This document shows positions 26,901 through 39,246 of a DNA stretch of 64,000 bases, one piece after another; position 1 is the first letter of the stretch, and each line of letters begins with the position of its first letter. A program made the translations under genes and the position numbers. This stretch comes from Candidatus Eiseniibacteriota bacterium (lineage in GTDB: Bacteria; Eisenbacteria; RBG-16-71-46). Under the pieces are notes generated by a model. That model was not told the DNA's origin. It was given only the letters and a program-made list of their open reading frames with translations, and searched no databases. The stretch covers positions 384,001 through 448,000 of the forward strand of contig CAVUWA010000011.1 of NCBI GenBank assembly GCA_963744995.1, written 5' to 3'.

Positions 26901-27754
26901 CTTCCGACCTGGCGCATGACGCGCGACAGCGCGACCACGGCCGCGAGCCAGGCGAGCGCCACCGTGAGGCCGACGAACATCGCGGCGTAGGGAATGGGGA
27001 TGAAGACGACCTTCCAGACCTGCGAGACCAGCGCCTGTTTGATCGCGTAGAGGATGCCGAGCGCGGCGACCGCGGCGAAACCGGCCTGCACGATCGCCTC
27101 GATCACGAACGGCGCGGCGATGAAGTAGTCGCTCGCCCCGAGGCGGCTCATGATCGCCACCTCCGGACGCCGCGCGAGCACGCTCAAGCGGATCGTGTTG
27201 TAGATCACCAGCACGATCGCGAGCGCGACCACGATGCCCACGGCGACGGCGCCGCGGGTGAGTCCGGTGGTGAGCTCATCCAGGCGCTGCACCCAGGGCG
27301 CGCCGTAGCGCACGTCTTCGACCTCGGGGAACTCCATCACCTGCTCGGCGGTACGCTGCATGGCGGGCAGGTTCAGCAGCTCCGGCTTGAGCCGCACGCG
27401 CAGCGCTGCGGGCAGCGGATTCTCGCCCACGGCCTCGAGCAGCTCGGGGTCGCCGATCTGCGACTCCAGCTCCTTCCAGGCGTCCTCCTTGCTGATGTAG
27501 GTCACCGAGCCGTACAGGTCGCGCATGCGCTCGATCAACTCGTCGCGGCGCGCGTCCTTCACGCCGTCACGCAGGTAGACCATCATCTCGCGGCGGTCGC
27601 CGATCAGTTGCAGCGCGTAGTCGGCGTTGTGCGCGAGCAGCACGAACATGGCGCACAGCGTGAGCGCGGCGGTCAGCGAGAAGATCGCGGTCCACGCCAG
27701 GCCCCGGTGCTGCAGGAAGGAGCGCCACGACTCGCGGAAGAAGAACAGGTGCAC
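26897..27754 (-). CDS. ftsX: Cell division permease FtsX
   Basis: ENPLPA, NTIRL...ARR.E..IM..LGA....I..PF..E; four TMs. Confidence 0.92.
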   Translation of the reverse strand: MHLFFFRESWRSFLQHRGLAWTAIFSLTAALTLCAMFVLLAHNADYALQLIGDRREMMVYLRDGVKDARRDELIERMRDLYGSVTYISKEDAWKELESQIGDPELLEAVGENPLPAALRVRLKPELLNLPAMQRTAEQVMEFPEVEDVRYGAPWVQRLDELTTGLTRGAVAVGIVVALAIVLVIYNTIRLSVLARRPEVAIMSRLGASDYFIAAPFVIEAIVQAGFAAVAALGILYAIKQALVSQVWKVVFIPIPYAAMFVGLTVALAWLAAVVALSRVMRQVGR

Positions 27755-27756
27755 GC

Positions 27757-28497
27757 TCAGCCCTCCGCCGCCGGCGTTTCGGCTGCTTCAGGGACGACGG
27801 GGGCCATTTCGGCCGGCAGCCCCATGTCCCCGAGCACCTCCAGCTGCTCGCGGATCCGGCCGTCGTCGAGGTGCATGCAGCGCCCGCCCAGCGCATCGGC
27901 GACCTCCTGCCGCGTCGTCACCAGCAGCAGTGCCGCGCCCTCGTCGTGGATGCGCTTGAGCAGCGCGATCACCTCGGCGGCGTAGCGATCCTCGAGCGCG
28001 CCGGTGGGCTCGTCGGCGAGGATCACCGCCGGGCGGTTGACGATCGCGCGCGCGATCGCGGCGCGCTGGCGCTCGCCGGCCGAGAGCTCGTGCGGGAACG
28101 CCGACTGCTTGAGCTGCAGGCCGACCTCTTCGAGCGCGTACATGACGCGCGGGATCACTTCTTCGTCGGCGAAGCGGCCGGTGATCCGCACCGCGAGCGC
28201 GACGTTCTCGAACACGCTGCGGTCGGAAAGCAGGCGGAAGTCCTCGTACACGATTCCCAGCGTGCGGCGCAGCAGCGCGCGCTGGCCGCGCGTCACGTGG
28301 CCCGTGCGGAACGTGCCCACGGTGACGGAGCCGGAGGTCGGCTGGATTTCCTGGGTGATCAGCCGGAGCAGGGACGTCTTGCCCGACCCGTTGTGGCCTA
28401 CGAAGACGACGCACTCGCCCTCGTCCATGTGCCACGAGACCGAGTCGAGGCCGAGGCGCTCTCCGTAGCGCTTGCTGACCTGCTCGAACGTAATCAT
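27757..28497 (-). CDS. ftsE: Cell division ATP-binding protein FtsE (atypical motifs)
   Basis: Walker A GHNGSGKT, LRR.LG.V..DFRLL, Walker B ILADEPT; directly upstream of ftsX. Confidence 0.85.
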   Translation of the reverse strand: MITFEQVSKRYGERLGLDSVSWHMDEGECVVFVGHNGSGKTSLLRLITQEIQPTSGSVTVGTFRTGHVTRGQRALLRRTLGIVYEDFRLLSDRSVFENVALAVRITGRFADEEVIPRVMYALEEVGLQLKQSAFPHELSAGERQRAAIARAIVNRPAVILADEPTGALEDRYAAEVIALLKRIHDEGAALLLVTTRQEVADALGGRCMHLDDGRIREQLEVLGDMGLPAEMAPVVPEAAETPAAEG

Positions 28498-28689
28498 GTC
28501 GTCGGCAACCTAGCCCGGGCGATTCCCGAACCGCAAGCCCCTCGCGGTGCCGTGCTCGCCGGGCGAATGGCGGCGCGCGGCCGCCTGCTGAGATGTCCGG
28601 GATCCCGGACGCGTGGGGGGCGCGTCGGGGCCGCGGGGTTCGCCCGGCCGCCCGCGCCGCCGCGGGGGCGGGTGCGCGGACGGTCCGGG

Positions 28690-30030
28690 CTACGAACTAC
28701 GGATCTCGATGTGCGACTTGTCCCGCAGACTCTTCACCCACTCGTCGTAGCGATCGCGATTGCGGATCTGCGATACGACCTGCGGCAGATCGTCCTTGAT
28801 CTCCTCCAGCGTGTACGGCCGCTCCGGCCGCTTGTCGAGCACCTTGAAGATGTTGTACCCGGCCTGGTTCGGCAGCACTTCGCTGACGCCGCCGACCGGC
28901 ACGTCTTCGAGGCCCTGGCGGATCTGCGGCTGCACCGAGCCCATCGAGATGAAGCCGAGATCGCCGCCCGGTGAGGCCGGGCCCTGGAACTTGCTGTAGC
29001 GCTGGACCAGCTTCGCGAAGTCTTCGCCTTTCACCGCGCGGGCCCGCACGCTCTCGGCCAGCTTCTTCGCGCGCTCGGCGTCCTTGTCGCTCAGCTGCAC
29101 GCGAATCAGGATGTGCCGCGCGTGCACGTCCACGGCGCGGTGACCGGTGGCGTCGATGCTGTCGGCGCCCGAGACCGTCTTCAGCGAGTCGCGCTCGAGC
29201 ACCTCGATGATGTGCCAGCCGAACGGGGTTTCGACCGGGTCGCTGATCTTGCCGATCGGCAGCGAGTAACAGGCTTCCTCGAACGCGGGATCCATCTGGT
29301 TGCGGCCGAAGTAGCCGAGATCGCCGCCCGAGTGGGCGCTGCCCGGGTCCTCGGACACGTCCTGCGCGACCTTCGCGAACTTCTCGCCCGCCATGATCCG
29401 CTTCTTCGCCGCCATGGCCCGCTTGCGCGCCTCGGCGCTGGTGGCCGAATCGGCCTCGACCGGGATCTGGATCACCGCGACGCGCAGCTCGGCCGGCACG
29501 TTCGGGAACTTGTCGGGGTGCGCCTTGAAGAACGCCTCCGCCTCGGCCGGGCTCACCTTCTCGGGTGGCACCTGCTTCTGCACGAGTCGTTGCGCCATCA
29601 TCTGCCGTTTCACTTCGGTCTGGTACTTCTGACGCAGCTGCGCCTCGGTCATGTTCTCGCGCTGCAGCTGCTCTTCGAACGCTGCCTGGCTGCCGAGCCG
29701 CTCCCTGGCGTCGGCAAGCGCCTTGTCGACCTGGGCGTCGACTTCCTGCTGCGACACTTTCACGCCCTGACGCTCGGCCTCGGCCACGATGAGCTTTTCG
29801 TCGATCAACTGGTCGAGGATCTGGCGGCGCAGCGTGTCCACCGTCGCCGAGTCGGGTTGCGCCTGGTTGCGCGACAGGAACAGATAGAGCTGCTCCTCGA
29901 CGTCGCTCTGCAGGACGACGTCGTCGTTGACGACGGCGGCGATGCCATCGAGGCGCTGCCCGTTCGAGGGGGCGGCGGACGCCAGCACGCCGACCGTCAG
30001 AAGCGCCAGCGGCCATCGAAAGAACTTCAA
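28690..30030 (-). CDS. surA: SurA-like periplasmic chaperone with two parvulin PPIase domains
   Basis: DGIAAVVNDDVVLQSDV, FAKVA...SEDPGSA..GGDLG, HARHILI. TTG start after GGAGGT. Confidence 0.85.
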   Translation of the reverse strand: MKFFRWPLALLTVGVLASAAPSNGQRLDGIAAVVNDDVVLQSDVEEQLYLFLSRNQAQPDSATVDTLRRQILDQLIDEKLIVAEAERQGVKVSQQEVDAQVDKALADARERLGSQAAFEEQLQRENMTEAQLRQKYQTEVKRQMMAQRLVQKQVPPEKVSPAEAEAFFKAHPDKFPNVPAELRVAVIQIPVEADSATSAEARKRAMAAKKRIMAGEKFAKVAQDVSEDPGSAHSGGDLGYFGRNQMDPAFEEACYSLPIGKISDPVETPFGWHIIEVLERDSLKTVSGADSIDATGHRAVDVHARHILIRVQLSDKDAERAKKLAESVRARAVKGEDFAKLVQRYSKFQGPASPGGDLGFISMGSVQPQIRQGLEDVPVGGVSEVLPNQAGYNIFKVLDKRPERPYTLEEIKDDLPQVVSQIRNRDRYDEWVKSLRDKSHIEIRSS

Positions 30031-30456
30031 ATCAGAAACCTCCGGATGGGGCGCATGGTGCCGCGCCCGTGGGACCGACATGGGACCCGCCGCGACCCGC
30101 GGCGGCTGGAGCAGCGGGCGAGTATACGTTTCGATGCAGATACCGTACAGCAATTAGGGGGCCGCCATTCCCCTTGCATGCCTCTGACATGCCCGCGGCG
30201 GGTACGGTGCGCCATCCGCGTGGCGGGCAGAGCGTTGCGCCGCGGCGGCGCGGCGCCGCGGGCGGCCGGGTCGCGCGCACGGCGCCGTTCCCGCCGGGCG
30301 CTGGTGTGCCTCATGTGCCGCGCTCGTCGCCACGTCGCCGCGCCGCCCGGGCGCGGCCTTCATACTGGGCGCTCCACGCGGGGCCCTCCCCTTGCCGCGG
30401 CCCCGCGGCGCCTTCGCGGGGCCCGCCCTTTCGCGGGCCGCTCTCACTGTGGGACC

Positions 30457-32616
30457 ATGACCGACGCCTTGAACGTCAACATCCAACGCCGACGCCAGCT
30501 GGCGGTCGCCGCCCTGCTCATCGCGGCGGCCATCGCCCTCCCGCGCTTCTTCACACACTCGCCGATGCGCATGGGCGTCGCGCTCGAGGGCTGGTGGTCG
30601 GGTCAGCCGCCCACCGTCACGCGCGTCGTCGGGGCGCCGTCCCTGGGCCGCCTCGAAGTCGGCGACCGCCTGCTCACGATCAACGGCGAATCCCTCACCG
30701 ACCGGGACAACCTGCGCCGGCTCCAGCAGAAGGGCCTGCCGCGTGGGCCGATGGAACTGACCATCGAGCGCGGCGGCCGGCCGATGACCGTCGTGCTGCC
30801 GCCGGTGCGGCTCAGCGCCTGGGAGCGCCTGCGGCTGGTGATCTTCCCGATCGTCGCGATCATCGCCGCGCCGCTCGTGGCGTTCCTGCTCGTCTGGCGG
30901 CGTCCGGATCTGAGCGCGGCGTGGACGTTCCTGTGGTTCGCGTGCCTGCAGGCCATCGGCCTGATGCACGAGATCTTCCCGCACCCGATGATCCAGTCCA
31001 CGCGGGCGTTCCGCACCTACGTCATGGGCTTCACGATGCTGGTCTGGCTGTACCCGGCGGCGTTCCTGCACTTCATGACCGTGTTCCCGCGCCCGCGCTG
31101 GACGCACGAGACCCGCTGGAAGAGCCCGTGGTTCTGGTTCGTGTGCGCCGCCTATCTGACCCCGGTCGTGATGTGGCTCGTGGATCGGCACACGGGCGGG
31201 CCCTCGAACACGCTCTACGGCATCTATCAGGCCATCGTGTTCCCGCTCGCGGTGGTCTCGCTGATCGAGCGCTACGCGGTCCGGCGTCCGGGCGCCTGGC
31301 AGCCGCGCGACTCCGAGCGCGTGCTCGCCGTGCTCGTCGGGGTGCTGCTGTTCCTCGGTGCCGGGCTGAGCGCCGCGCCGCCCTCGGTGATGTCGTTCAT
31401 CCCGCCGAGCGCGCTGCGGTTCGTGTTCAGCGCGCTCACCGTGAGCTGGCTGCTGGCGCCGCTGTTCATCGCCTACCTGATCGCCAACGATCCTGCGTTC
31501 GACCCGCGCCGCGTGCTGGTGCAGAGCGTGCCCTACGCGCTGCTCACCGGCGTGCTGGCCGCGCTCTACCTGGGCGTCGTGCTGATCGGCCAGCGCATGT
31601 TCCAGGCCTACACCGGCGAGGACACGATGGCGTTCAACGTCGTCGCCGCGGTGATCATCGCGTTCCTGTTCGCACCGCTGCGCGAGCGCCTGCAGCGCAC
31701 GCTCGACCGGCTGTTCGGCCGCGATCCGGCTGCGCAGCGCCGCGCCATCGACGCCGCCGGCCAGGGGCTGCTCGGCGCGGCGGATCGCGACGGCGTGCGC
31801 GAGGTGATCGAGCACGGGCTCGCCGCGGGGCTCAAGCGCCCGGTCGCGCTGGAGTGGCCGGCGAGCGGCCCGCCGCGGCTCGCAGAAGGCGAAGAGGTGC
31901 CCGAGGACGCGAAGGCGGCGGTCAAGAACCTGCTGTCGCTCGCCGGTATCCGGCTCGAGAGCCTGGCGCTCCAGGAAGAGCGGGCGGCCGCGGAGCGCCG
32001 TGCGGTCGAGCTGCGCGAGGCGGCAGCGCGCGCCGAGCTGCGCGCGCTGCACGCGCAGGTCCAGCCGCACTTCCTGTTCAACGCCCTGAACGCGCTCTCG
32101 TACCTGACCGAGACGGACCCGGCCGCGGCGCAGCGCTTCACCGAGCGCCTCGCCGACATGCTGCGCTACACGGTGGAGGCCAGCAATCGTCGCGCGGCGC
32201 TGCTGTCGGAGGAAATCGCGTTCGTCGAGGACTACCTCGGCGTCGCGCGCGAGCGCTACGAGACGCCGCTCACGTTCACGTTCGAGGGCCCGCGCGAGCT
32301 GCTGTCGGTGGCGGTGCCGCCGCTGCTGCTGCAGCCGCTGGTCGAGAACAGCCTCAAGCACGGCTGCGCGCCCGGCGCCCTGGGATTGCACATGGTGCTG
32401 CGCGCGACGGCGGAGGACGGCTGGCTGTTGCTGGAGTTCCTGGATGACGGCCGCTCGAGCGGCGTCGAGCCGCCCGGCCTCGGCGTGGGACTCGAGAACC
32501 TGGACCAGCGCGTGCGCCGCTTCGGCGGCTCGGAGGCGCGGATGGAAGCGGGCCCGCGGCCCGAAGGCGGATTCAGCGTCAGGTTGCGCTGGCGCATGCT
32601 CAGAAGGGTGGCGTGA
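30457..32616 (+). CDS. LytS/YehU-type histidine kinase with N-terminal PDZ-like and multi-TM regions
   Basis: LHAQVQPHFLFNALN, PPLLLQPLVENSLKHG, GVGLENL; PDZ-like LEVGDRLLTING...LTIERGG. Confidence 0.9.
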   Translation: MTDALNVNIQRRRQLAVAALLIAAAIALPRFFTHSPMRMGVALEGWWSGQPPTVTRVVGAPSLGRLEVGDRLLTINGESLTDRDNLRRLQQKGLPRGPMELTIERGGRPMTVVLPPVRLSAWERLRLVIFPIVAIIAAPLVAFLLVWRRPDLSAAWTFLWFACLQAIGLMHEIFPHPMIQSTRAFRTYVMGFTMLVWLYPAAFLHFMTVFPRPRWTHETRWKSPWFWFVCAAYLTPVVMWLVDRHTGGPSNTLYGIYQAIVFPLAVVSLIERYAVRRPGAWQPRDSERVLAVLVGVLLFLGAGLSAAPPSVMSFIPPSALRFVFSALTVSWLLAPLFIAYLIANDPAFDPRRVLVQSVPYALLTGVLAALYLGVVLIGQRMFQAYTGEDTMAFNVVAAVIIAFLFAPLRERLQRTLDRLFGRDPAAQRRAIDAAGQGLLGAADRDGVREVIEHGLAAGLKRPVALEWPASGPPRLAEGEEVPEDAKAAVKNLLSLAGIRLESLALQEERAAAERRAVELREAAARAELRALHAQVQPHFLFNALNALSYLTETDPAAAQRFTERLADMLRYTVEASNRRAALLSEEIAFVEDYLGVARERYETPLTFTFEGPRELLSVAVPPLLLQPLVENSLKHGCAPGALGLHMVLRATAEDGWLLLEFLDDGRSSGVEPPGLGVGLENLDQRVRRFGGSEARMEAGPRPEGGFSVRLRWRMLRRVA

Positions 32617-33434
32617 TGAACCAGACCGACTCGGCCGCGCGCGGCGCGGCGAAAGGGGCAGGCTCCGTCCCGGCGCGGGCCCGCGTGCTGATCGCCGACG
32701 ACGAGCCGCGCGCGCGGCAGTTCCTGGAGCGCCTGCTGGGCGAGCACAGCGGGCTCGAGGTCGTGGGCCTGGCGCGCGGCGGCGCCGAAGCGATCGAGAT
32801 GATCGAGAAGCTCGGCCCCGACGTGGTGTTCCTCGACATTCACATGCCCGACCTCTCGGGCCTCGAGGTGGCGCGCACGCTCAAGGGCGCCCGTTCGCCG
32901 GTGGTGGTGTTCGTCACGGCGTACGACCGTTACGCGGTGGAAGCGTTCGAGCTGGCGGCGATGGACTACGTCCTGAAGCCGGTGCGGCGCGAGCGGCTGA
33001 ACGAGACGGTGGAGCGCGTGCTCGGCGAGCTGCGCGAGGGGCGGCGGGCGACGCGGACGAAGCGCATGCACGAAGCGCTGGAATCGGACGGGATGCGCGC
33101 GCACATGCCGGAACTGCGCCGCCTGCCGGTGCGCCACCGCCGCGAGGTGAAACTGCTGGACCTGGCCGAAGTGCCGATCATCTTCTCGCGCGACCGGCTG
33201 GTGCTGGCGCGTGCCGCCGACCACGAGTATCTGGTGGACTACACGCTTCAGGAGTTGGAGCAGCGCCTGCCGGAAGGCCAGTTCGTCCGCGTCCATCGCG
33301 GCGCGCTGGTGAACATGGACGCGATCGAGTCCTACGGCGGCGAAGACGGCGTGCTGGTGCTGAAGCTCAAGGACGGCACGCGCGTCGAAGCGAGCGAGCG
33401 GCGCGCGGCGGAGGTGCGGCGCAAGCTGCGGTAG
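32613..33434 (+). CDS. LytTR-family response regulator
   Basis: IADDEP, FLDIHMP, FVTAYD.YAVEAFE...DYVLKP, FVRVHR. Start is GTG 32613 or ATG 32616. Confidence 0.95.
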   Translation: MMNQTDSAARGAAKGAGSVPARARVLIADDEPRARQFLERLLGEHSGLEVVGLARGGAEAIEMIEKLGPDVVFLDIHMPDLSGLEVARTLKGARSPVVVFVTAYDRYAVEAFELAAMDYVLKPVRRERLNETVERVLGELREGRRATRTKRMHEALESDGMRAHMPELRRLPVRHRREVKLLDLAEVPIIFSRDRLVLARAADHEYLVDYTLQELEQRLPEGQFVRVHRGALVNMDAIESYGGEDGVLVLKLKDGTRVEASERRAAEVRRKLR

Positions 33435-33495
33435 TCGCGGGGTTCGCCGCGACGGCAGCCTCGAAGGCGGGCGTCCGGGAGGCCGGCGCAGCGCG

Positions 33496-33954
33496 CTACA
33501 GTTTCTTCCACTCCACGTCGAACTCGCCGAGGCCGTGGCCGTCGCCGCTGAAGCTGCCGTGGACCTTGAAGGAGCCGTCCTTCTGCAGTTCGGCGCGGTG
33601 GATGCCGACGGCGCGGACGAGCGACGTGTGGCGAGTGTCGTCGGGGTAGCGGAACACGCCCCAGTAGACCTTGCCGTCGAAGATCCCCACGCCGCTCCAG
33701 TTGCCGGGGTTCTCGACCGAGTAGCGGTTGCGGTCGAGCCGGCGGATCAGCACGAGGTCGGTGCGCACGCCGTTGATCGCGTAGCGGCCGGCGATCGGGT
33801 CCTGCGCCGCGCGCGTGCGGGTCCGCGTCGTGGCCGGGCCGCCCTCGGTGGTGGTGAGCGGCATGCAGCCGGCGAGGAGCGCAAGGAGCGCGAAGCCGGC
33901 GAGCGCCGCGAGTCCCGCGGGCCGGAAGCGCCGCGCCGGGAAGACGGAGCTCAT
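33496..33954 (-). CDS. Hypothetical lipoprotein
   Basis: Lipobox LLAGC; ATGA overlap with the upstream PPIase gene. Confidence 0.7.
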   Translation of the reverse strand: MSSVFPARRFRPAGLAALAGFALLALLAGCMPLTTTEGGPATTRTRTRAAQDPIAGRYAINGVRTDLVLIRRLDRNRYSVENPGNWSGVGIFDGKVYWGVFRYPDDTRHTSLVRAVGIHRAELQKDGSFKVHGSFSGDGHGLGEFDVEWKKL

Positions 33955-35366
33955 GAGCCGGCCGGCGGCGTGAGCGGCCACGCGAGCGCGGCGAGTCGCT
34001 GTTCGTTCATCTTGTAGGGGCGGATCACCCGCGCCAGCGAATCCGTATAGGCCTCGAAGCGCGCTTCGCTCTTGAACGTCGCCGCGTCGGTCGAGATCGC
34101 GTTGCGCTCGGCGGGGGTCAGCTCGTCGAACGGCTTCTTGATCACGTCCTTGCGGCGCTCGTAGGCGGCGCGCACGTCGGCTTCGTCGACGTGGATCTGG
34201 TTCGTGACCTCGATCGTGAAGAGGCTGTTCACGAGATAGGTCATCTGCTCCCGATCGATGCGGCGCTTGACGTCGGGTTCGTCCTCCAGATGCATGCGCT
34301 TCGCTTCCAGCAGCGCCGAGCGTCGCACGAGCTGGTTCTCGATCCAGCGCTGGATCGCCGGCACGAGGTTCATGTCGGGGCGTGCCCGCTGCGAGTTGCG
34401 CAGATCGGCCAGCGCCTCTCCGAACGTGTACACCTGCGGCGTACCGCCCGCGTCGTGGTAGCGACCGACGACCTCGGCGAGCTGCGCGGCATCGGGCTGG
34501 GGCGCCGGCTTGCCTGCCGACTCGCCGCTGAGCAGGTTGTTGTAGTACCGGAAGATCAGCTGCGGGCCACCGGAGGCGACCTCGATGCCGTAGCGGTCAC
34601 GCAGGCCGGTGTATGCGCGCGTCGCGAGCGCACGCTGCTTGCGCTGCCTGAGCATCCTGGCGAGATCGTCGGAGATCTCCGCGAGCGGCGGCGTCGGATT
34701 CTTGCGGCGCTCGACCACCTTGAGGATGAACCAGCCCTCGGTCGGCGCCTGCAACGGGCCGACGACCTGGCCGACCGGCGCCGTGCGCAGGTAGCCGTCG
34801 AGCGGCTCGACCAGATCGCCCGACACGCGGAAGCCGATGTCGCCGCCCGGCGGCATCACGCCGGCGAGGTTGTACTGGTCCGCGACCCGGGCGAACGGCT
34901 TGCCGGCCTTGAGATCCGCGAGCGCGCTCTCGGCGGCCTTGCGGTCGGCGGTGTAGATGAGCATCACGTGGGAGGCGGAGTCGCGTTGCGCGTAGAACTC
35001 GGCGATCTCACCCTGGCTCACTGGAATGTCCGCGGGCGCCTGCCGCTGATAGTAGGTCTCCACCAGCACGCGGTCTTCGACGTTCCGGCGGTAGCGCACG
35101 GCCGTGCTGTCCTTGTCGAGGCCCTTGTCGAGCGCGGCCACGACGAGCAGCTCGCGCCGCATCATGTCGCGGAGCGCCATCTGCTTCGCCGAATCCGGTT
35201 CGACCGGATAGTTCTTCTCGTTTCCCGCCAGCACTTCGCGGAAATCCTCGACGGTGATCTCGCGGTTGCCGACCTGGGCGAGGACGGCGGGACGGTTTCC
35301 GCAGCCGGCGGCGTAGAGGACGATCGGCAGCAGCAGCAGCGGTGCGAAACGGCGCATGGGCTTCAC
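33951..35366 (-). CDS. Parvulin-type peptidylprolyl isomerase lipoprotein (PrsA/PpiD-like)
   Basis: Lipobox AAGC, VLAQVG.REIT, FARVA..Y....GGDIG; follows mfd. Confidence 0.8.
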   Translation of the reverse strand: MKPMRRFAPLLLLPIVLYAAGCGNRPAVLAQVGNREITVEDFREVLAGNEKNYPVEPDSAKQMALRDMMRRELLVVAALDKGLDKDSTAVRYRRNVEDRVLVETYYQRQAPADIPVSQGEIAEFYAQRDSASHVMLIYTADRKAAESALADLKAGKPFARVADQYNLAGVMPPGGDIGFRVSGDLVEPLDGYLRTAPVGQVVGPLQAPTEGWFILKVVERRKNPTPPLAEISDDLARMLRQRKQRALATRAYTGLRDRYGIEVASGGPQLIFRYYNNLLSGESAGKPAPQPDAAQLAEVVGRYHDAGGTPQVYTFGEALADLRNSQRARPDMNLVPAIQRWIENQLVRRSALLEAKRMHLEDEPDVKRRIDREQMTYLVNSLFTIEVTNQIHVDEADVRAAYERRKDVIKKPFDELTPAERNAISTDAATFKSEARFEAYTDSLARVIRPYKMNEQRLAALAWPLTPPAGS

Positions 35367-35476
35367 TCTCTCGGGTCTCGGGATGGTCAGGGGTCCGCCT
35401 GCAGCGGGCCGACCCGAAACCCTAGCCTCGCATCAGGTGGAGAGCAAGCGCGGTCGCTCCGCCCGCGCCGGGCCGC

Positions 35477-38977
<3,501 letters not shown>

Positions 38978-39246
38978 ACGAACTCCGATGGAGGGGCCGC
39001 GCGGGCCTGCGAAAACGCCAAAAGCCGCCGCCGGAAGATCCGGGGCGGTGGCGACCCTGCTGCATGCACGTCGTCCCGGCGAGCGGGACGCGAAAGAGGT
39101 TAGAGGGTCGGGTGGGCGCGGGCAAGTGCCGCGGGCTGACACGCGGCGCCGGCGCGGTTAGCCTCAGCCTCCCTGCCGCCGCCGGGAGGGCAGGAGCACG
39201 AGATCGCCGCGCGCTGTGCGGCGGTCGCATTCAGGGAGCGCGGGGC

